From assembly GCA_964395495.1 (NCBI GenBank), contig CAYNBG010000001.1, positions 1 to 42,500 of the forward strand: 42,500 bases of DNA, given 5' to 3'. The notes below the pieces were generated by a model that had not been told where the DNA came from, did not search any database, and saw nothing but the letters and a program-made list of their open reading frames with translations. The number at the start of each line of letters is the position of its first letter. Positions within the stretch are counted from its first letter, which is position 1. The translations under genes were made by a program, and so were the position numbers. Of the stretch, positions 20,426 to 27,911 are shown piece after piece. The DNA is from an uncultured Staphylococcaceae bacterium. GTDB lineage: Bacteria; Bacillota_I; Bacilli_A; RFN20; CAG-826.

Positions 20426-20788
20426 TTATTCAGCGAATAAATTAATTGTTTCTCCAAGACGTAATGTAACAATAGCTTTTTTAAATCCGCTAAGTGTTCC
20501 TTTAAATCTACTACCTCTTGTTGTTTGTTTAGCAATTTTATTAACAGTGCTAATGCCTGTGACATGAACACCATAAATTCTTTCAATTGCTTTTCTAATT
20601 TCTGTTTTGCTAGCTTTCTTATCAACAACAAATGTATATTTGTTTTCATTTTGAGAAGCAGCCATGCTCTTTTCAGTAATTAAAGGTTCTTTAATAATTT
20701 CAAAGTCGTGGATTGTAGCTTTTGAAGCTTCAACTTTAACTTCTTCTTTAACTTCTACTTCTGCAGTAGCTTTTTTAGTTCTAGCCAT
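20426..20788 (-). CDS. rplW: 50S ribosomal protein L23 with an N-terminal extension of about 25 aa
   Basis: Core IIKEPLITEKSM ... KYTFVVDKKASKTEIRKAIERIYGVHV. The start overlaps the rplD stop. Confidence 0.94.
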   Translation of the reverse strand: MARTKKATAEVEVKEEVKVEASKATIHDFEIIKEPLITEKSMAASQNENKYTFVVDKKASKTEIRKAIERIYGVHVTGISTVNKIAKQTTRGSRFKGTLSGFKKAIVTLRLGETINLFAE

Positions 20789-21408
20789 TATTTAAGACCT
20801 CCTTCTAATTCTTTAACATCATTTTCAAGCATAACAACCTTATCATTATTTAATAAATCGTATACTGAGATGTTGTCTTTATTAACAACAATGACGTTTC
20901 CTAAATTAGCAGCACCTTGAAGAACATTTTCATCTTCACTTACTAACATAACTTTTGATTCGTTCATGTTGAATGCTTTTAAGACAGCGACGATATCTTT
21001 TGTCTTTCCAGCAACTTCTAACTTGTCAAGAACAACTAAATCTTTAACTTTTGTTGTTAATGCACTCTTAAGTGCTAATTTGTGTTCTTTCTTGTTTTGT
21101 TTGATTGTGTAATTTTGATTTCCATCTGGTCCAAAGACAGTTCCACCACCAACCCAAATAGGTGATCTTGTACTTCCTGCTCTTGCTCTACCAGTTCCTT
21201 TTTGTCTGAATGGTTTTTTACCACCACCGCTTACTTCGTGTCTTTTCTTAGTTTTTGCAGTAGCTTGTCTTCTATTAGCAAGATATGTCATAACAGCATC
21301 AAACATAACTTGTTCGTTAACTTCGACACCAAAGACTCCCTTATCTAATTTAATAGTAGAAACTTCAGCACCAGTTTGGGAATATACTTTTAAATTAATA
21401 TTTGCCAT
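20788..21408 (-). CDS. rplD: 50S ribosomal protein L4
   Basis: 206 aa. KTKKRHEVSGGGKKPFRQKGTGRARAGSTRSPIWVGGG. Confidence 0.97.
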   Translation of the reverse strand: MANINLKVYSQTGAEVSTIKLDKGVFGVEVNEQVMFDAVMTYLANRRQATAKTKKRHEVSGGGKKPFRQKGTGRARAGSTRSPIWVGGGTVFGPDGNQNYTIKQNKKEHKLALKSALTTKVKDLVVLDKLEVAGKTKDIVAVLKAFNMNESKVMLVSEDENVLQGAANLGNVIVVNKDNISVYDLLNNDKVVMLENDVKELEGGLK

Positions 21409-21423
21409 ATGTTCTCCTTCCTA

Positions 21424-22128
21424 CTATTTAGCTTCTTCAGCTTTAACTTCTTCAACAGGAGTTCTATCAATTAATTTAGCAATTGTCATTGGGTATTTGA
21501 CAGGTTTGATAGCACTTCTAATTTTTACTAATCCTTTTTTAGGTCCTGGGATTCCACCGCTAACAAGGATATAGTTCATATCTTTATTAACTGCGACAAC
21601 AACTTGATTTAAAACTGTTGCTGATTGATTTCCCATATGTCCAGACATTTTCTTACCTGGGATAACACGGTTGTTACATCTACCATTGTTAGCAAATGAA
21701 CCTTGTTGTCTATGGTAACCTGATCCATGTCCTTTAGGTCCGATTGTGTGGCCCCATCTCTTAATAGTACCAGCATAACCTCTACCTTTACTTGTTCCGA
21801 TGACATCGATTTGATCACCTGTAGCAAATAAATCACATGTGACTTCTTGACCAACTTCGAATTTTGTCATTTCATCACCTTTTAATTCGAATAAGTTAGC
21901 TTTGCCAGAAACATTAGCTTTTGTAAAGATTCCTTTTTCGCATTTGTTAAGGTTCTTTTCTTTCTTGTCTTCGTAACCAACTTGAATTGATTCATATCCA
22001 TCTTTTTCAAGTGTTTTCTTTTGTGTGACTACGTTTGGTAAGACTTCAACAACTGTAACTGCATACATTGTTCCATCTTCAGCATAAACTTGAGTCATTC
22101 CAATTTTACGTCCGATGATTTGTTTCAT
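21424..22128 (-). CDS. rplC: 50S ribosomal protein L3
   Basis: 234 aa. IGRKIGMTQVY ... GTSKGRGYAGTIKRW. Confidence 0.97.
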   Translation of the reverse strand: MKQIIGRKIGMTQVYAEDGTMYAVTVVEVLPNVVTQKKTLEKDGYESIQVGYEDKKEKNLNKCEKGIFTKANVSGKANLFELKGDEMTKFEVGQEVTCDLFATGDQIDVIGTSKGRGYAGTIKRWGHTIGPKGHGSGYHRQQGSFANNGRCNNRVIPGKKMSGHMGNQSATVLNQVVVAVNKDMNYILVSGGIPGPKKGLVKIRSAIKPVKYPMTIAKLIDRTPVEEVKAEEAK

Positions 22129-22141
22129 TGTGTCCTACCTC

Positions 22142-22453
22142 CTATAACTTCATATCGATATCGACACCGCTAGGTAAGTCTAATCTCTTTAAAGCATCCA
22201 TAGTTTCTTTATTAGGATTTGTGATATCGAGGATTCTCTTGTGTGTTCTAATTTCGAATTGTTCACGTGAATCCTTGTACTTATGAACAGCTCTTAAAAT
22301 TGTGTAGACTTGTTTTTCCGTTGGAAGAGGAATAGGTCCGACTACACCTGCACCTGTTTTAGTAATTGCATTTACAATTTTACCAACAGCCATATCTAAG
22401 ACTTTGTGGTCGTAAGATTGTAAACGAATTCTAACTTTCTTTACTTTTGCCAT
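22142..22453 (-). CDS. rpsJ: 30S ribosomal protein S10
   Basis: 103 aa. [14 protein letters not shown] ... GPIPLPT ... [18 protein letters not shown] upstream. First gene of the S10 operon. Confidence 0.97.
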   Translation of the reverse strand: MAKVKKVRIRLQSYDHKVLDMAVGKIVNAITKTGAGVVGPIPLPTEKQVYTILRAVHKYKDSREQFEIRTHKRILDITNPNKETMDALKRLDLPSGVDIDMKL

Positions 22454-22579
22454 GAATTTCTCCTTTCATATAATTTCCACTTACAAATTGCTCAGCACGA
22501 ATTCCCTGAATACGCATCATGACAACGCCTGTGGGTGTATCAGCAACCTCGCACATCAACGCAACCGTAAAACAAAGAA
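22454..22579 (-). promoter_or_regulatory. 5' leader of about 120 nt for the S10 (rpsJ) operon, GC-enriched; candidate structured autoregulatory leader
   Basis: Lies between a sigma-70-like promoter (22580-22609) and the rpsJ SD. Composition near 22480-22570 is much more GC-rich than other intergenic DNA here. Contains direct repeats GGTTGC(N)TGAT (GCAACC on the plus strand at 22543-22548 and 22561-22566). Confidence 0.4.
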
Positions 22580-22609
22580 ATTATATATTATATAAATATA
22601 ATAAGTCAA
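22580..22609 (-). promoter_or_regulatory. putative sigma-70 promoter of the S10 operon
   Basis: On the minus strand, TTGACT (22604-22609), an 18-nt spacer, then TATAAT (22580-22585). Confidence 0.45.
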
Positions 22610-22767
22610 CAATTATTTTTATTTTTCTAAATTTTCTTCAATTTAGCCATTCACTTTTGATTATTCTAGTATATTTTTTTGTAATTTTCCATCTAATTTT
22701 TATTATTTTTAAAATAAAAAACGTGATCAATAAAACCACATTTTCTTTAATATAAATTTTAAAAATA

Positions 22768-23712
22768 TTATTTCTTTAAAATAGCGACTATATCTTGATT
22801 TAAAGAAGAAATATCCTTCGCATTTACAATTGTTTTATATTTCTTTAAATATTCCTTTTTAATCTTACTATAATTTTCAATATGGCTCTTATTAGATTGG
22901 AAATTATATTTTAATAAAAACTTCTTAGCGAAATAGTATTTTTTATATGGAAAATCATTATTATTTAGTAATTGATAAGCTCTAACAAAAGTCACACCAT
23001 TTATGACAGAATCCATTAAAACAAGCGACTTTGTTCCTTTTGTATACGACACTTTTCTTTGAAGATATAAATATCCTCTATAGTTACAAAAACCAACATT
23101 TTTATTTGTTTTAACAAAACATAAAAAATTAAAATTAGAATCATCGTATGGTAAAAATGTTTTGTTAAAAGAAATATTATTATCAATTAAAAATTGTCTT
23201 TTATAAATTTTATTCCAAACAAATCCTCTCATTTTTACATCTAATGCAAAAGCATCTCTAGCTTTAGCAGCACTAGATTCTTTTTTAATACAAAAATTAG
23301 ATGTAAATTCTTTAATTAACTTAGATTCATTACCCTCTACAACATTATAATAATTAGCACATCCAATATCTAAATCATCTTTTATAACAGTATTATAGAG
23401 GGAGGAAATATAACTTTTTAAGACGCTATCATCACCATCAACGAACATTACATATTTTCCTCTTGCAATTTTAAGACCATCATTACGAGTGCCCGATGGA
23501 TTTTTGTTGCATACAGAAATAGTTACAAATTTTTCAGAATATTTCTTAATAAAATCATCAATTATTTCGTCTGAATCATCATTACAATTATCGCTTACAC
23601 ATATTATTTCATAAGGCAATGCAAAATCTTGTTCTACTAAAGAATCAAGACACTTTTTTAAATATTTTCCTACACCATGAATAGGAACGATTACACTTAC
23701 TTCATAATTCAT
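22768..23712 (-). CDS. family 2 glycosyltransferase
   Basis: 314 aa. VSVIVPIHGVGKYLKKCLDSLVEQ ... VSDNCNDDS ... YVMFVDGDD (DxD). Confidence 0.85.
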   Translation of the reverse strand: MNYEVSVIVPIHGVGKYLKKCLDSLVEQDFALPYEIICVSDNCNDDSDEIIDDFIKKYSEKFVTISVCNKNPSGTRNDGLKIARGKYVMFVDGDDSVLKSYISSLYNTVIKDDLDIGCANYYNVVEGNESKLIKEFTSNFCIKKESSAAKARDAFALDVKMRGFVWNKIYKRQFLIDNNISFNKTFLPYDDSNFNFLCFVKTNKNVGFCNYRGYLYLQRKVSYTKGTKSLVLMDSVINGVTFVRAYQLLNNNDFPYKKYYFAKKFLLKYNFQSNKSHIENYSKIKKEYLKKYKTIVNAKDISSLNQDIVAILKK

Positions 23713-23719
23713 ACTTATA

Positions 23720-23748
23720 ATTATAAGTAAAATCGTTAATTAAATCAA
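23720..23748 (-). promoter_or_regulatory. putative sigma-70 promoter giving a leaderless or near-leaderless GT2 transcript
   Basis: On the minus strand, TTGATT (23743-23748), a 17-nt spacer, TATAAT (23720-23725), then 7 nt to the ATG at 23712. No SD is present. The -10 lies inside a perfect 16-bp palindrome. Confidence 0.4.
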
Positions 23749-23772
23749 CTTTATAGAAAACATCAGTTGCAA

Positions 23773-25755
23773 TTAAAATTTCCCATCATTTTTCATTGCT
23801 TTTAATTCAAATAAAGTGTCTCTAAGTTTAATAGCTTTTTCAAATTCGAAATCTTTAGCCGCTTTATTCATAGCTTTTTCAACTTCTTTAATCTTCTTAT
23901 CTAATTCTTTTTTAGTTAATTTACCTTTATATTCATATTCCTCATCTTCTTTAATAGAAATTGGTGGAACAATAGGCTTAACAATGGTTGTTGGTATAAT
24001 CCCGTTTTCATCATTATAAGCTTTTTGAATTTCTCTTCTTCTGTTGGTTTCTTCAATACATTTTTGCATAGAATCAGTTATTTTATCTGCATACATTATA
24101 GCTTTACCATGTTCGTTTCTAGCGGCTCTACCAACGACTTGTATCAAAGACCTTTCACTCCTTAAAAAGCCTTCTTTATCTGCATCCAAAATAGCAATCA
24201 AACTTACTTCGGGTATATCTAAGCCTTCACGTAATAAGTTAATACCAACCAAAACATCATATTTGCCTTTTCTTAACTGATAAATAATTTCAGTTCTTTC
24301 TAGTGTTTTACATTCACTATGTAAATACACTGTTTTAATACCTTTATCTTTTAAATACTTAGTTAAATCCTCACTCATTTTAATAGTAAGGGTAACGATC
24401 ATGACTCTTTCTTTTCTTTCGATTCTATCTTTTATTTCATTTATTAAATCATCAATTTGGTTCATTGATGGCCTAACTTCTATTTCTGGGTCCAATAAAC
24501 CAGTTGGTCTAATAATTTGTTCAATATATTCGCCATTAGTTTTCTCTAATTCATATTCTCCTGGAGTTGCAGAAGTACATATTAACTGATTTATTTCTTT
24601 TTCAAATTCTTCAAAATTCAAAGGTCTATTATCCAAAGCAGAAGGAAGCCTGAAACCATATTCAACTAAAGTTGTTTTTCTGCTTCTATCACCATTAAAC
24701 ATCCCTCTCACTTGAGGAATTGTTACATGGCTTTCATCAATAATTAATAAATAATCTTTAGGGAAATAGTCCATAAGACAAAATGGCTTTTCTCCTTCTT
24801 TTCTACCATCAATATATCTTGAATAGTTTTCTATACCAGGACATATACCAAACTCTCTAAGGTTTTCAACATCCTGTCTTGTTCTCATCTCAATTCTTTC
24901 TGCTTCAAGAGGTTTTCCTTGTTCATTAAAATATTTAACTCTACCAGACATATCAGAAAGTATTTGTTCACATGCTAAATTAATTCTTTCTTGAGTAGCA
25001 GCATGATCATACGCAGGAAAAAGATTGTAAATTTTATATCTTTCTAATACTTCTCCTGTTAAGAAATCAACTTTACATATTCTTTCGACTGTATCACCAA
25101 ACATATCAAGTCTTATATACCAATCTTGACCATCAGGAGGCATAATATCTATTAAATCTCCATGAACTCTAAATTTTCCTGGAGTTAAATCAATATCATT
25201 CCTTTTATATGATGAATCTAATAATCTTTTAAAAAACTTTCTTCTATCAATATCTTCATTTTCTCTAACTTCAAAAATAAGTTTTTTATATTCTTCAGGA
25301 TCCGTTAATCCATATATCGAAGCAACACTTGCAACAATAATAGTATCCTTTCTACTTACTATAGAATTAACTGCACTAACCCTCATCATTTCAATTTCTT
25401 CATTCATTAAACATGATTTATCAATATAGGTATCACTACTTGGCAAATATGCTTCAGGCTGATAAAAATCAAAGTTAGAAATAAAATACTCAACCCTATT
25501 GTTAGGAAATAGTTCTTTCATTTCTGAATATAATTGTGCTGCTAAAGTTTTATTATGAACTAATATTAATGTTGGTTTTTGTACTTTTTCTATAACATTT
25601 GCCATTGTAAACGTTTTTCCAGTTCCAGTAGCACCTAATAAAACTTGAACCTTTTTACCATCCTCAATTCCTTTACTTAATTCTTTAATGGCTTTGGGTT
25701 GGTCTCCGGTTGGTTTAAATTCGCTTACAATATGAAAAAGTCCATCATTTCCCAT
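23773..25755 (-). CDS. uvrB: excinuclease ABC subunit B
   Basis: 660 aa. FKPTGDQPKAIKEL, Walker A GATGTGKT, helicase motifs, and a C-terminal UVR domain (FEKAIKLRD). Confidence 0.96.
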   Translation of the reverse strand: MGNDGLFHIVSEFKPTGDQPKAIKELSKGIEDGKKVQVLLGATGTGKTFTMANVIEKVQKPTLILVHNKTLAAQLYSEMKELFPNNRVEYFISNFDFYQPEAYLPSSDTYIDKSCLMNEEIEMMRVSAVNSIVSRKDTIIVASVASIYGLTDPEEYKKLIFEVRENEDIDRRKFFKRLLDSSYKRNDIDLTPGKFRVHGDLIDIMPPDGQDWYIRLDMFGDTVERICKVDFLTGEVLERYKIYNLFPAYDHAATQERINLACEQILSDMSGRVKYFNEQGKPLEAERIEMRTRQDVENLREFGICPGIENYSRYIDGRKEGEKPFCLMDYFPKDYLLIIDESHVTIPQVRGMFNGDRSRKTTLVEYGFRLPSALDNRPLNFEEFEKEINQLICTSATPGEYELEKTNGEYIEQIIRPTGLLDPEIEVRPSMNQIDDLINEIKDRIERKERVMIVTLTIKMSEDLTKYLKDKGIKTVYLHSECKTLERTEIIYQLRKGKYDVLVGINLLREGLDIPEVSLIAILDADKEGFLRSERSLIQVVGRAARNEHGKAIMYADKITDSMQKCIEETNRRREIQKAYNDENGIIPTTIVKPIVPPISIKEDEEYEYKGKLTKKELDKKIKEVEKAMNKAAKDFEFEKAIKLRDTLFELKAMKNDGKF

Positions 25756-26809
25756 CTCTTTTTTTCTCCTTAGTTTTTTTAATCATATCGGAAATAAAGG
25801 ATGAATCTCTTGTTTCATTTCTTTCAAAGCCTTCACCGGTTACTAATTTTGCCTTTGTAAAAGTAATAAATGCATCAGGATCAATTTTTGCTAATGCATC
25901 TTTTATTTGAGAATATTCTCTTCTTGAAAAAACCAGCCTTAACATAGTTTTTTCTTCCTTAGAATATGCTCCAACTACCTTAAAAATTGTTGTTGTTCTT
26001 TCCAATTTAACCTGAACATATTCATTTATCCTATCTGGTTCTTTAGTTATAATATCGCAAACATAGGATGTTTCTAGTCCATTATATATAAATTCAATAG
26101 CAAAAGCGCAACTAAAAGCACCGACTATTCCAACTAATCCAACCATAAATTTGGTAAAAACTAACGAGTCATTCTTAACCAAATCAACTACAAGTCCGAT
26201 TAAAATTATTATTGTATCCATTAATAAAGTTACAAATGATACTTTAAAATTAAAATATTTTTTAAATATAAAAGCAAGTATATCTAAACCGCCAGTTGAC
26301 CCACCGCCTATAAAAGTAATTCCACAGCCAACTCCTATTAATGCTCCACCAAACAAGCCAATAATTAATAACCTGCCTATATCCATGTTTGCTAAAAATG
26401 AATTTTCAATCGTAATAACACCATTTACTATGCTAGCAGCATTTTCGCTTCCAGCTAAAAGATTTACAAAATATAATGAAAAATTCGTTCTTATAATAAT
26501 CGATAAAAAAACAGGATAAAATATTGTAGAAATTAATGTAGATAAAGTGAATTTGATTCCTAATAACAAAAATCCTATTAAAAATAAAGACCAGCAAATG
26601 ATATAAGACCAAATATCAACAGTCAAGCAAATATTTTTAAGTAAAATTCCCAATCCACTGACTCCACCTGTAATAATGTTAAATGGAACCAAAAAGATTC
26701 CTGTTCCAAAAGCTAAAATAAAAGTGCCAATCAATATCAAAAAAACTTTATATATAGATTTTAAAACTTGTTTTTTAGTTATCTTTTTTTCTTTTAACTT
26801 TTTAAACAC
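25745..26809 (-). CDS. YitT-family membrane protein (DUF2179 C-terminal domain)
   Basis: 354 aa, polytopic, GGVSGLGIL / [11 protein letters not shown] repeats, soluble C-terminal domain. GTG start at 26809, 9 nt after GGAGG. Overlaps the prfB stop and the uvrB start. Confidence 0.75.
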   Translation of the reverse strand: MFKKLKEKKITKKQVLKSIYKVFLILIGTFILAFGTGIFLVPFNIITGGVSGLGILLKNICLTVDIWSYIICWSLFLIGFLLLGIKFTLSTLISTIFYPVFLSIIIRTNFSLYFVNLLAGSENAASIVNGVITIENSFLANMDIGRLLIIGLFGGALIGVGCGITFIGGGSTGGLDILAFIFKKYFNFKVSFVTLLMDTIIILIGLVVDLVKNDSLVFTKFMVGLVGIVGAFSCAFAIEFIYNGLETSYVCDIITKEPDRINEYVQVKLERTTTIFKVVGAYSKEEKTMLRLVFSRREYSQIKDALAKIDPDAFITFTKAKLVTGEGFERNETRDSSFISDMIKKTKEKKRDGK

Positions 26810-27909
26810 TCTTTTTAGCCTCCATCTCTAAAAAAGCATATATAAAACCAGTAATATCTCCATCCATTACTTTATCTACTTGAGAATCCTCATAATTAGT
26901 TCTATTATCTTTAACTAAAGTGTATGGACAAAAAACATAGCTTCTAATTTGGCTGCCCCATTCAATGTCTTTTTTTTCTCCAACAATACCTTTGAGTTTA
27001 TTTTCTTTTTTCTCAAGTTCAAGTTCATACAATTGTGATTTAAGCATGTTCATAGCTATTTCTTTGTTCTTTATTTGAAATCTTTCAACTTGGCAAGAGA
27101 CAACAATACCAGTCGGAATATGTGTAATTCTAACAGCAGTTTCAACTTTATTAACATTTTGGCCGCCTGCTCCACCGCTACGATAGGTATCAACAACAAT
27201 ATCCTTTGGATCGATATTAACTTCAATTGAATCGTCAAATAAAGGAATAACATTAACACTGGCAAAGGACGTGTGTCTTCTTGCATTGCTATCAAAAGGA
27301 GATATTCTAACTAGTCTATGAACACCTTTTTCCCCTTTAAGCATTCCATAAGCATTTTTTCCTTCAATCATTAAAACAACTGATTTTAAACCTGCTTCAT
27401 CACCAGGTTCATAATCAATTACACTATATTTAAATCGATTTTGTTCACAAAAACGCTCATACATTCTTAATAACATATTTGCCCAATCACAAGCTTCAGT
27501 ACCGCCTGCTCCAGGGTGTATTGTCAATGTACAAGATAAGCTATCATATTCCCCATTAAATAAAATTTGGTGTCGTAAATCGCTAAGAATTTTAATATTT
27601 TCTGAATAATCATTACTAGCTAATTCAATCATTTCAACATCATTTTCATTTAAAGAATTAACAAAATCATTAAGCCCTACAAAAGTAACATCTAATTTTT
27701 TATACGTGCTTATTTTATGTTCAATATCATTTTTATCTTCTATTTTTTTATTAGCTTCACGAATATTATCCCAAAAATGTTCATTTAACATTTCTGTTTC
27801 AATATTTTTAATTTTTTCTTCTAATTTTGGTATGTCAAAGTGATTCGTTAAGTTGTTTTAAAAAACCTAACGCCTCACTTATTTTTTGTTTTAATACAAA
27901 TAATTCCAT
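26802..27909 (-). CDS. prfB: peptide chain release factor 2, requires a programmed +1 frameshift
   Basis: Frame 0 runs from ATG 27909: [24 protein letters not shown], then CTT TGA C (27834-27840). Shifting +1 at CTT-T gives [23 protein letters not shown]..., which joins the 329-aa track ORF. That ORF contains SPF and GGQ ([18 protein letters not shown]). Confidence 0.93.
27834..27840 (-). promoter_or_regulatory. prfB +1 programmed ribosomal frameshift site (CUU UGA C)
   Basis: Exact canonical heptanucleotide at codons 24/25, joining the two RF2 reading frames. Confidence 0.9.
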
Positions 27910-27911
27910 AA

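Noticed and set aside
20422-20649. Same-strand alternative-frame ORFs inside ribosomal and RF genes: 20422-20649, 21609-21854, 17609-17803, 16754-16936, 16377-16562, 14829-15035, 27071-27295, 34361-34546, 1813-1995.
   Set aside because: They are nested out of frame within conserved genes, have no independent start signals, and give Lys/Leu-rich composition expected from frame-shifted AT-rich coding sequence.
22431-22556. 41-codon minus-strand ORF (MCEVADTPTGVVMMRIQGIRAEQF...) within the S10 leader, running into rpsJ out of frame.
   Set aside because: It has no SD, overlaps the rpsJ start in another frame, and I recognise no family. Its GC-rich codons are as easily explained by RNA structure. 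It is mentioned only as a possible leader peptide to exclude.
22519-22755. 78-aa plus-strand ORF in the rpsJ upstream region.
   Set aside because: It starts inside the GC-rich S10 leader on the opposite strand and then runs through pure AT-rich spacer (Phe/Ile/Leu/Asn-rich product). It has no SD. This is better explained as the leader/promoter region.
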